From: Ginglymostoma cirratum
Lineage: Eukaryota
Assembly (NCBI GenBank): GCA_024137785.1
Contig: JAHRHZ010000025.1
Coordinates: 18,331,787-18,395,786, forward strand
DNA length: 64,000 nt
Reading direction: 5' to 3'
Every line of letters begins with the position of its first letter. Position 1 is the stretch's first letter. A program made the translations under genes and the position numbers. The notes below the pieces were generated by a model. That model was not told the DNA's origin. It saw only the letters and a list, made by a program, of their open reading frames with translations, and made no database searches. This document shows, in pieces, positions 11,746-23,460 of the stretch.

Positions 11746-14451
11746 TCATTTTGGACAAATATTTGGAATGAAAGCATGCGATGTGATAACTTTGAAACTG
11801 GAAGCTTAGCTGACAGACCTCAGGGCTCAATGTTAACTGCATGTATTTGTAGCTGCTGCACAGTGGGTACTACTCCCATGAAGAGGAGTTCATGAGGTGG
11901 TAGTGAGGGGGTTAGTGGTGGTGGTGTATTATTCCTGTCCACATCTCCATTAAAAAGAAAAGCCATTTTGGAGCACTCAACCTGGAGAAAACTTCCCAGC
12001 CATATGTTATCCAATTTGATATCATTCATTCCATTCTAGCCTCTCTATTACACAGTCCAGGACAACGTTAGGATTGTACACAGTAATGGCTGCATTTTCT
12101 TAGTGAGTGACTGTCTAATGTCACAAGATGCACAAATGCCAACACTTCCAACAGTGTCTCCCACTAATGAACGGTGAAAGCCACCTCTCAGGCATGCTAT
12201 GCCCACCCCATATACTGAGAATGGCTATGAAGTACCCCGCCATGAGAAAAGCCTTTGCACCCCTGTAGAGGCTTAGTGACCTCTCCACACGGCTTTCATG
12301 TATTGCCTATGCAGCTCCCACTGTAATTGCCCCAGGCCCAGTATCTTAGTGTTGAATTGTTGGGACGAATTGTGAGTCACTGGAATGCACTGCCCAAATG
12401 CTAGGATCATGGTTAGCTGAGAACCACGAGCGAATGTAAGCACATCTGTTGTTGATGCAGTGAGACAATACTGGGAGAAGATACTGCAACACTTTCACTT
12501 CAGACAACAATTTAGGCAGTTAGCAGAGAAATCAGGCTACATAAACAGTAGAGCCGTGAAATCTGAAGATATAGTGCACATATAAAATTTCTGTACATTA
12601 ATGAAACATCCACGCCACCAAGTGCCTTCCAAAGTACTTCTTCCCCCTTTCTCTATCACCATGTCAAGATATGGGCCTGGCAGTGGCCACTAGGGATGGA
12701 GGGAACCTGATGATTGTGAAGACTTTGGTGAGTATCCTCTGCGGTTAGGGAGTTAGTAGCTCATTGACGAGTGAGAGTTTCCTACATAAATGCAAGGGGC
12801 ACCATTCTTGGCATGTGGGCTCCAACTGGTAGAAGCATTGCTTTGGACACTGCACAACACCAGTTAATGACGACTGACAGTTAGCTGCCAAGCTTTGCTT
12901 AAATTTTAACTTGCTAGCTCTGCTTGGGAAATCAGGCTAGGTAACTACTTGCCCCATACTGCCCGGTCGCATCACAATTAATAACTGTGCTATTGGAGCA
13001 ACACTGTTGCTGAATATTTTCTCAAATGCTACGAATACAAGGGAAAGAAAAGTAACTGGCTAATCATGATGGGCTCCCATTTTGCCAGAAAGGAAATTGG
13101 TTACAAGCCAGTGAGAAAAAGTCATGCCATAATTCACACTCCATTCAAAATTGGTCATCCAACTTCACTCCACAACGTACACTAGGTCATGACTCCACAA
13201 ACTATCTTGTGAAACTGAATGGCTGTATTCTAGTAAGATTAGAAATGGAGAAACTTGAATTTCTGATGGGTATAATCTTTAACCTAGAAGGTCAATGAAA
13301 ACAGGATCCTGTCTTTTTAAACATATTTTCAGGAAATCATTATCTAATGTTCTGTGGGATAAGAATTTCCTACAGACAACCAGGCATGATGCCAGGACAC
13401 TGGAGAATAGACTCATGGTTAACAGCTGAAAAAATGCAAGCTTCTGCGAGTTGCAAACTGCCAGATATTCACCTCACACATGGCAACACAGTGTCCAAAT
13501 TAACTCCATAGTCCTCATGGAAAGAGTGACACCACTGCAGTGGAGAGCTAACAGGCAGTTTACGGAAAACGTTGGGCTCCGCTCCATTTGTATGCATGTT
13601 AGTTGGGGAGGGGGAGATATTATAGTGCCTCCCATAACAAAAGAAATATAGCCACCCCATGTCCCCAGTTTCAAAAATCTGTATCGCACCCAACCCCCGA
13701 CCCTCTGCCCCACCACCAAGCTTCTAAACTTGGTATGTTCTATGTGTGGATCTCAGTGTCAGATGTACTGGTGTTTATGACGAGTTAAGAACTTATGACG
13801 TATATAGTGCAAAATTATTTTTCTTGTTGAATGAATTCCAGAACAAGAGGGGACATCATTCTAAAATTAGTGTCATGCCTTTCATGGTTGATATCATGAA
13901 GCACTTTTTGAAACAATGGGAAATCTCGAACTAGGTTCTCCCAAAAGCTGTTGAGTTTGTTGGAAGGGTGGGCTGAGGATGTGTGGGAGGTCAGGAAGTG
14001 GGAATTGGGGAGTGCAGTTCTAGGGGGTCGGTGGAATATTCCCAAGCTGCAATTGACATATTTTTGTTTGGCTAGGAACCAAAGATATTGTAAAAATACA
14101 TGTCAAGCAACGGCAGATAAGAAACTGAAATGTTTATTTGTGTTTCTACGCCCCACACTCCTGAGTAAGGTTTAGTCTGGTGAGATGAATTTCTACTTTG
14201 CCTCAATGTATGTGATTGACTCCAACTATATCAGAGTAACCTCTGTCTGTCAGTAGAACATTGTTTCATTGTTCAAACTGACCCATGGCCTTTTGAGGAA
14301 GAATTCAGTGATGTGTGAATTTGGTATGTGGAACTGCATCACTTCATTGGCCCCTGCAGTACAGCGAGCACATGGAGAGAACTTTTATCTCAACAAATTA
14401 GGAAGGGGTTGCCAAATCATTATGCCTCAATGTTTAATCAGATGTCCTTTT

Positions 14452-14790
14452 GGGCAGCACGGTGGCTCAGTGGTTAGCACTGCTGCCTCACAGTGTCAGG
14501 GACCTAGCTTTGATTCCAGCCTCAGCCAACAGGCTGTGTAAAGTTTGCACATTCTCCCTGTGTCTGCATGGGTGCTCCAACTTCCTTCTACAGTCCAAAG
14601 ATGTGCAGGTTAGGTGGATTGGCCATGTTGAACTGCCCATAGTGTCCAGGGGTATGCAGGCTAGGTGGATTAGCGATGGGAAATACAAGGTTATGGGGGG
14701 TTCTGGGTTGATTGTTCTTCGGGAGGGTCAGTATGGACTCGATGGAGCAAGTGGTCTGCTTCCAAACTGTAGAGATTCTATGATTCTCTA
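14452..14790 (+). mobile_element. HE1-type tRNA-derived V-SINE
   Basis: A box TGGCTCAGTGG at 14463-14473, degenerate B box at 14506-14516, V-domain gtttgcacattctccctgtgtctgc...tccaaagatgtgcaggttagg, GATTCTAT tail. Confidence 0.88.
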
Positions 14791-15084
14791 AGCCTTCAAC
14801 CACGCCCCCTGGTTAAACAGTATTTGCCTCCAATTCAAAGTGTTCGATATCTAATAAACATGTGTTCAAAGGATCCTTAAATAAAACCATCTTATCTTTT
14901 TATTGCGCATAGAAGTGTCCTGGCGCTTAACCTTTTATTCTCAAAGGTTCCAGTACTATCTTTTGAGGTTGTGAGAGTTTGACTCAAATTTGACTGAATT
15001 TGATTCATTAAATGATGATACTATCTTGGCACTGGAAATGTCGGAAGATTAAGAGAAACATTAACGTGGGATAAGTATGAGAAT

Positions 15085-15420
15085 GAGGAGATGGTGGTGT
15101 AGTTGTAACATTACTGGACTAGTAACTCAGAATCCCTGACTAAGTTTGAACCTCAACATGACAGATGACGAAAGTTCAATTCAATAAAAAGCTGGAATTT
15201 AAAGCTAGCCTAATGGTGACTATATAATCACTGGTGATCGTTGTAAAAACCTATGTGGTTTGTTAACTTTGTTTAGGCAAGGAAATCTGCTAATCCTTAC
15301 CTGGTCATGTGATTCAAGATACACAGCAAGACTCTGAATCACCCTCTGGACAATTAGGGATGGGCAATAAATGCGGTCCAGCTGATATCATGCGGGTCCC
15401 ACAAGCAAATAATAAAAATA
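15085..15420 (+). mobile_element. tRNA-derived SINE sharing the GGGCAATAAATGC LINE tail
   Basis: Homologous along its length to 23105-23460; ends ggacaattagggatgggcaataaatgc. Confidence 0.75.
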
Positions 15421-15534
15421 ATTTCATCACTTAGCCTTCCTCCTTCAAAAGCACCTAGCTAAATAGTCTTTATCTTTGTTGCTACGAAGAAAAAAAATGG
15501 AGTTAAATTAAAAATAGCACACTTTGTCTGAATG

Positions 15535-15715
15535 AGAGATAAAAGGTACTGCAGATGCTGGAGAATCCGAGATAACAAGCATGGGGCTGGATGAACACAG
15601 CAGGTCAAGCAGCATCATAGGAGCAGGAAAACTTGACGTTTCGGGCCTAAACCCTTCATCAGAAATTGCTCCTATGATGCTGCTTGACCTGCTGTGTTCA
15701 TCCAGCCCCTCACTT
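15535..15715. mobile_element. Penelope-like pLTR hairpin element
   Basis: Perfect 43-bp inverted arms at 15583-15625 and 15667-15709; starts with aaaaggtactgcagatgctggagaatc, typical of fish and shark PLE termini. Confidence 0.8.
15631..15666 (-). ncRNA. Minimal type I hammerhead ribozyme motif
   Basis: AUUU-CUGAUGA-A-GGGU-UUAG-GCCC-GAAA-CG-UC^AAGU: conserved core boxes, stem II, palindromic ACGU stem III and stem I all present. Confidence 0.75.
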
Positions 15716-17848
15716 TGTCTGAATGTTGAGTTGATTATTCTTCCATGTTTGCATACAGCAGTGACGATGAGATTATCTTTAATTCCTGGAGACAGCAGGA
15801 CAATGTTGGTGAGTTGGTAACCTGAGAACAGAATAAAATTCAAGACTCCAGAAAGGCCTCTGATGTTTCACCTGCAGTGGTGGCTTCAGTCATGGGAACC
15901 TGGACAATTTGTGTTGTCAGACCTTATTGACCATAGGGTGGGGGTAAATCCTTGTCAGGCCCCTATTCTCCTTCCTCTGCCAGTCCTTTGGAAGTGCTTT
16001 CCAACTGGCCCCACACACCTTCTCCTTCTTTGTAGCCTGGCGAGTGTTTGCTTTTCAAGTAAATATGTAACTGCCTTTTGCAGGGCACTGTTGAATCTCC
16101 TTTCACAGCTCTTTCAGGCGATGTATTCCTGATTATAACAACGTACCGCATTAAAAAAAATCTCAGCTCCTCTGACATGATGAGCACTCTTTGTGTGAAG
16201 AATTTCCTGACTTGGATCCAAAATACTGCTAAGATCTGTTGGCAAAAGACAGAAATTTTCTAAATATTTAATATTCATGTATAAATTCTGCTGATAATAA
16301 GGAAATCCAAATAATTCTGGGTCCATTTCATTCAACAATTTAGTTCTTTTATCTTGATCTGGCGAGGGCAAAAGATTTTCAGATATGTAGCATAGAGCAC
16401 AGGCCATGAGAATGGGTTACTTTCTCAAATTATGTCTAGGAAACCATCATCTGACACTTGACTGATAACACTAAGTTGCAGACACCCAGGCGTACTGCCA
16501 GTGAATTGAATTGAAACCATAGAATTTTGCATGAACCTTCAGTTTTCAATATAATACAAAACGCACAGGCAGTGGGGGATCTGAAAAAGATGGAGTGACT
16601 GGCAGACAGTTTGGTTACTGAGTCAACGTATGGAAGATGTCAATGTAGGACAGAGTCAGCAATGTGTGAGAGTTTGTTGTCAAGGCTGCAGCTCTACTTG
16701 TTGCTTGATTTTACTCTATTGGATTCTAGCTGGAAAAGGCCCTGTTTTCACTGTCTTTAGTTACCTTACCCTAGTGACTTGCAGGTGCAGGGTATGTTTA
16801 ATTGCAGCCAAGATGTAAATATTCAAAACATTATGAGAGGTGAATCCCCACTTACAACTCACATGAAAACAGAAGGATCTTTGCATTTCATACCATGTCT
16901 TTCACAATCTCCAGAGATCTCAAAGCAGTTTACAATAAATGCAGTGCTTTTGAATATGCAGTCCCTATTATAAATTAGGGAAAGAGACACAGCACAGCAA
17001 GATTCTACAGTCAGCAATGTGCTACTGACCAGATACTCTGACATAGTGATGTCCTCTGCTCCTTTTTGAATTGACCCACATCACTGTGCTGTTATTCCAT
17101 ATGGCCTATGTCACAGTGCTATTATGGCAATAATACCAGGATTTGCTCATGTTACGGGGCATTGCATTTTGCAAAATTCTACAAAGTAAATTTCCAATCA
17201 CTGAAACTGCGTGACAAACTGGGGAAAGGAAGAAAAGTTCGAAACGCCCACTTGTGACAATAAAGTGATGCAACTTGAGTGAAGACATAGAATTTGAAAA
17301 CTATACTCATAATGTCCCTGAAAAGTTGTGATATTCAGCCTGCAATGTATGCTGCTCTTGATTGTAGCTCAGATTTACTCTGATGGGAAAGCTGAACCAT
17401 TCCGAAGTTTGAACTCAAATTACTGCCAACATATAAGAAGATTTTTCAAACCAAACTAAATGCTCAGCAAACCATGCCTGTGGACAGTAAAGACTGAGCC
17501 AGGGGAGTGGGGCACAGAGTTTCTCTCTGTCTCTCTGCGCACACAATAGGGCTGACACAAAATTCTTTTTTCCTCATAATTCCCAATATTGCATTATCTA
17601 TCATGAGTATTCCTAGAAAGCAATGCACCTTTTGAATACATTTAGCTGATGTGGAAAGTGGGAACTCTGCATTGTTTTGAAGAAGGAATTGAACTGAATC
17701 GTGACTGGAGCAGAGATCACATCATACAGAAAGTACATACCTTTACACATAACATTTAGTTTATCTGATCTTCTCGAATGGTCTGATTGACTGAAGGGGC
17801 CAAAGAAGAATTTTCTGGAGTATTTGTCCCTTTGTTCAACTGGAACTA

Positions 17849-18090
17849 GGGCAGCATGGTGGCACAATGGTTCGCATTACTGCCTTACAGTGCCAGGGAC
17901 CTAGGTTTGATTCCAGCCTTGGGTGAGTGCCTGCGTGGAGTTTGCACAATGTTTGCATGGGTTTCTGTTGTGTGCTCTCGGTTCCTCCCAAAGACAAACA
18001 GATGTGCAGGTCAGGTAGGCTGGCCATGCTAAATGTTGTGTTATGGGATGGAGTGGGTCTGGGTGGAATGCTCTTCAGATTTTATGACTT
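17849..18090 (+). mobile_element. HE1-type V-SINE (older copy)
   Basis: gggcagcatggtggcacaatggtt...ggtttgattcc...gtggagtttgcac...gatgtgcaggtcagg. Confidence 0.85.
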
Positions 18091-18377
18091 CCTTTCTGTT
18101 TGTTTCTTTTTACCTGTTCCCTAGGAGATAATGTGGCTGTGTAAAGTGGTGGAATGGGTTAGCGGGTTCGGGAGATGTGGTGGGGGTGATGCATGCAGCA
18201 TGGAGAACAATCAAAGGAATGAGCAGGGGACCAGCAAGAGATGAAATTGGGAGAGAGGGAGAATCCATTCATAATGATATAGCTATATACCTGATGGATC
18301 AGCAGAGCTTTCTCTGCCTGTCAGTTTCATATGTTCATGCCAATATAGTTAATGTTAAATAACAGGAAACACAGGGG

Positions 18378-18597
18378 CAAAAACAGAAGTTGCTGGAAAA
18401 GCTCAGCTGATCTGGCAGCATCTGTGAAGAAAAAATCAGAGTTAACGCTTTGGGTCCGGGTCTGAGGAAGGGTCACCGGACCCGAAGCGTTAACTCTGAC
18501 TTTTTCTTCACAGATGCTGCCAGACCTGCTGAGCTTTTCCAGCAACTTCTGTTTTTGTTTCTGATTTCCAGCAACACAGTTCTTTCAGTTTTTTTAA
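18378..18597. mobile_element. Penelope-like pLTR hairpin element (second family)
   Basis: 82-bp inverted arms at 18378-18459 and 18476-18557 with a few mismatches; hammerhead-like core at the apex. Confidence 0.8.
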
Positions 18598-21500
18598 AAA
18601 ACACAGGGGAATGCTTAACATCTGGGAGAAATAGCATATAACGTTTATGAATCTCAAATTCCTGTTAGTTACTCTGCTTTATGACTTGCTGAGTAAGAGC
18701 CTTTGGACACACTCCTTTGGATCTCCTTTCCGGTCTATAGATGAAAATCTCCTCATTTGGCTTCCTGTCTACCCACATCCCTTCCCCCAAGTTTATTATC
18801 AGGTTGTGCTATTTAAATGAATGAAACAGTAGGTGGCGCTGAGTGACTGTTCGTCATTCATAGTCATATCCTTGAGATAACCAGTTTCACAACGGAAGGC
18901 CTTGAGCAGTTTATAATGACCTGTTACATTGCAAATAAATTATTGTTCTTAACTGCCATAGATGCAGATGGTTAAAGGCAATTGGAACATGCATCTCATT
19001 CTGCGGCAGCTGACAGATTGGTGTTATGACACTCACTGCATCAGTAGCAAGTTTGTTACTAAAATAATTTCGAATGGCAACATGATCGAGAGGTGAGAAT
19101 AACAATGAGTGAATAATACATAGCAACTCGTGAGAGTTCGGACACCAGTCAGTGGAATGTTACATGTCACTCCAAAATCACGGAGAGGTTTTCAGCTTGT
19201 ATGAAATACTTCTTGGCCTTGTTTTATTTGCCCTGTGAAGAATGTCTGTGGGTGACTGGAATTTTACTCCGTCCTCTTCCTTCGCAGCCATTCAAGGAAT
19301 CAAGCACCCTCCCAGGCTAAAAATAAATGTGTTGTCCAAATTTGAGACCTCAGTACTTTCACATGACATGTCTGCTGCAGTTATTTTAGCGGGAACTGTA
19401 CAAATCTCCAGGCTGTCAGGATTGGAAACAATTATCCAGACCATCAAACCCAGAAAAAGATCACAGCGTTTCTCCATTTATTCATTCCTCATTTTCTTTC
19501 TTTGCCTTCCTTTCCTATTCTTGCACTCTTACACTTTCTTTCAGGTTTCCTTCATTTCCAACTCTGTCTCTGCCCCTCCGTTTCTCACTTCCTTGATAAA
19601 AGAGATAGACTGTTTCTCTGTGCTGACTCACGCATTTTACATTATGCTACATCTGTCACTTTGGAATTGATACCTGTATTAAATTAGCTGGTTGTAAGGG
19701 TCAGAAATGGCTCAGTTGGTGCACTCCCATATCTCAGTTGCTAGGTTCAAAATGGAGAGTGCTTTCATAGAACTAACACTTATGTGATGGGCAGAATAGA
19801 CTCTTCCACTGCTCCATCATGAACCGTAGAGTGTAAGAGGGGAAGCAGTTAAGTTGGCAATTTCTCGTTCTTCCCGAAAGTTTGGTCTCTTTCACTGGCT
19901 GTCCTGGAGAGCTGAACGGCTGACGGCGCAGGCAGGTCCCAGGCATTTTGGTAACTTTCCAGCTTCAATGTAAGGCCACGCAACACCCATTCCCAAGTGG
20001 CAGATGAAAGGCACTTGAATGAATACTGGAAAGGCTTGTGCTCAGTGGAGAGCTGTCATTTTGGTAAATGAGCAGAGAAATTTGGGTTAAAAGCCAAGTT
20101 GACTCTTGGAAAAAAGCTGCCATTGAACATTAGCTGTGAGAACTGTCAAACAGTTATTAGTGAGGCTTTCCTGCTCTGTTAGAATCCAAAGGCTCCTTGT
20201 CACTAAGAGGAAACTAATAGGGCTTGTTTGTGTATAGAATACCATACCAATGAACTGGAAAATTGGTCTTTAGCCCAAACCACTGGGTGATGAGGCCATG
20301 ATTATGTAAAGGGTGGTGACAAGGTCTTCAGTTAATAGCCTGTGGGGGGTGGAGGGGGCGGATACACACTGAGGGACAGATGCTCGGAAGAGGCCGCTTG
20401 CTATCCAAGCACAGCTGCTGCTGTTTTCCTCTTCTTAATAGCATTGTCTGTTGGACTATTAATGAAAACTTGGCAGGATTCTATCATTCATTTGGAATCA
20501 TATAATGATACAGGACAGAAAGCGGCTATTTGGTCCATCATGCCTGTGTCAAATCTTTGGAAAAACTGTGCATTAATCCCCCAATCTTGCACTTACCTTG
20601 TTGTCTGACAAACGTTTCCTTGTTTCCAGTAATTATCCAATTCTGTTTGCTTCCAGCCAACAGAAAGTAAAACTTAAATACAGAATGGCCCACTTGCGTT
20701 CATATAACACATATAATTCATTAGTTTGAAATGACCATTGTTACACAGGTAAATTCTGCAACTATATTGGTAAGTGCAATGCAGTAAAATCGTCAACTTT
20801 AAAGTAACTGTAGAGTAAATGCAACATTCAGTGCTGGTCCACATTTTTCAAAGTTTGTACTAACTGTAATCAAAAAAAAAACATCTTATCTAGTAAAGAT
20901 ATCCAAAAAATGAGACATACATTGATTAGTAAAAAAAAAATCATCTAGTGATTACAAAACTAACTTTGATCATTAACAGATCTTTTTTCTGTAAGGGAGT
21001 CTGTTCTCCCTTTCACAACCCCAGCTTGAAGCACTGCAGCAGTACAGTTCACAGATACGATGGAATCTGTAAGAACCTCTCCTAACAGCCACAATGATCA
21101 CACGTTCCAGCCCTGCCTTACCAATCTCATTGGGGTTGGCTCAAACTCATCAGCTCTTACCTAGTGTGCCAACTGACAGCTGTTTCCATTACCCACCCTC
21201 AATACCATCCCTCCACTGACACTGCCATCACCTCACAGAGCAGAATAACAGCTTGCATCAGCTTACCGTAGACTGAACAGAGACCGCCATTCATTGACTG
21301 CTAAAGGGATGGATAGAGAGAGAGAAAGACAGCGACAGACATGCGTCAAGAAGAAGCTTGCAACTCTTTCACCTGAACAGCAATGGACACCAACAACAGT
21401 TGCAATGATAGAGAGTTATATTTGATCATTTAGTTGAGATGTTCTGAGTCGAAATAAAACAAAATCAACACACATTTTATTCCTGAGTATTACTAGAGCT

Positions 21501-22669
21501 TCATAATATTCAAACCATTTTTGGCCATTCCTAGAATTTCCACTTGAACGAACAGCGGTACAGCTGAACTTTTGGATGTCAGGTTTAAAGTGATTAATTG
21601 ATATTGCACCCTATTACTTTTGCTGGCAGAAAATTAAACACTTCTCCTATCCTTTACATGAGCCATTTCCTAACTTCTTCCTGAATTGCAATTCTAATTT
21701 TAGGGTTATGTCCTCTGGTCCTGGTCTTGACCACAAGCATCAAAACCCTGAAAGCCCTAGTGTTAACATTAACCCTTACTCTAACCCTAGCCTCAGTCCT
21801 AACCCTAACCTAACCACTTAATCTTCCGTAGCCCAAGTAAAACAAGGCTTGTTTGTGTAATTCCTTATATAAACACAACTCAAATCATACTCCTTCCTCC
21901 AACTCAGCAAGACAGAGGCCTCTGCCTATCAGCCAATATGGACACAGCATCTTGTGACATCCCAATTACCTGCATCTCTCCACCACACACACCCCTCTCC
22001 TGCCCCACCATGTACTGTCCCATCAATTCCTAACACGCCAAATTCAATGCTTCTCCTCAAAGATTGCTTTGGACAACTCTTAGTAATGAGGCAAAGGGGC
22101 AAACTTACAAATACAAACACTTGCTCGATTAATCAAAAGATTAAGTCCTGAAGCACATTCAGCCCATCTAGCCTGTGCCAAGATTCTGATAAAGAGGCCA
22201 GCTGGTCTCATTACCCTGCACGTTTGCCAAAACCTGGAAAATGATTTCCTTTTTAGGTAGAAAACCACTACCCTTTTGAAAACTATTTTTGAATCTTTTC
22301 CACCACCTTTTCAGGCAGTGCATTCCAGATTATAACAGCTTGCAGCAAAAAACAATTTCTCCTTATCTCCCGCTTGTTGCCAATCATCTTAAACCGGCAA
22401 CTACTGGTTACCAACCCTTCTGCTATGGAAACAGTTTGTCCCTGTCTACCAAATCAAAACCTGTGTGGTTTTGAATGCAATTCAAAATTATTTTCCTTAA
22501 GGCCTACTTCATCAATGGATTTCCTTAAAGAGAAAATGAATAACCAACATTTCAAGATGTCTATTGAGACAATTGTTTATGACGATAATGTGAAGTGAAA
22601 AAATGCCAATTAACCCATGAAGTCTTTTCCTCCTCATGATCTGATACAATTACTGTCCCATCAGTCTCC

Positions 22670-22905
22670 CTGCCTATTTAAATGCCAGAGCCAATAAGTT
22701 CTCCCTAGTGCTCTGATTAAAATTCATCCTAAACCAAAACCAGGCTACCCAGTCACATTCATGCATTCCTTCTTCTGGCTTTGGACAAATTGATTCCCCT
22801 TTTGCTATATCGTAGCAGTGGCTGCACTTCAAAATAACTTCATTGGCTGTAAAATAACTTTCGTGTCTTTGTGCAAGTGTTAAGCAAATGCAAGTATTTC
22901 CTTTC
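22670..22905 (+). mobile_element. Deu-domain (SacSINE1/AmnSINE-like) SINE fragment
   Basis: gttctccctagtg...gtggctgcacttcaaaataacttcattggctgtaaa...aaatgcaagt; homologous to 51770-52170. Confidence 0.6.
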
Positions 22906-23104
22906 AGGTGAGTAGCCATTCGTCAAGCTTGAGTGCGAGACTCGGAATGTATTATACGTTTCTTTTTCAATTCTGAAACTCTTTCCAATTTAGCCCATCG
23001 AAACCCACCTCTTTGGGAAAATAGCTCTCCAATCCTTTGCCTTTGTGTTTTATTTTCCACCTTGTTTAGTGTCTCATATTCTATTAGGTATTTTGAGCAT
23101 TTCA

Positions 23105-23460
23105 GGGAGGTGATGGCTATGGGATTATCACACGGCTATTAATGCAGACACCCAGGTAATGTTCTGAGGACCTGGTTTGAATCTTGCTATGGCAGATAGT
23201 GGAAATCGAATTTAATAAAAATCCAGAATTAAAGGTCTAATGATGACTATGAAAATGTTCTTGGTTGTTGGAAATGTCAATCAGGTTCACTGATGTTCTT
23301 TAGGGAAGGAAACTCGACATCCTTATCTGATCTGCCTTACATGTGACTCCAGATCCACAGCAATGTGGTTGACTCTTAACTGCCCTCTGAGCAATTAATG
23401 ATGGACAATAAATGCTGGACTAGCCAATGACGCCCTCATCTTCTGAGTGAATTAGAGAAA
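23105..23460 (+). mobile_element. tRNA-derived SINE, full length
   Basis: ggtttgaatc B-box-like motif; ggttcactgatgttctttagggaaggaaa; tail ggacaataaatgctgg...gagtgaat. Confidence 0.8.

Noticed and set aside
11830-12900. Possible Harbinger Myb/SANT ORF remnant
   Set aside because: Only vague similarity; no ordered motifs could be read.
14452-14530. tRNA-like A/B boxes (also at 17849 and 51765)
   Set aside because: SINE heads continuing into V- or Deu-domain bodies; no cloverleaf or Pol III terminator.
15583-18557. Hairpins as pre-miRNAs or CRISPR-like repeats
   Set aside because: Multi-copy TE-derived sequence with arms too long and perfect for typical pre-miRNAs; no repeat-spacer array; eukaryotic context.
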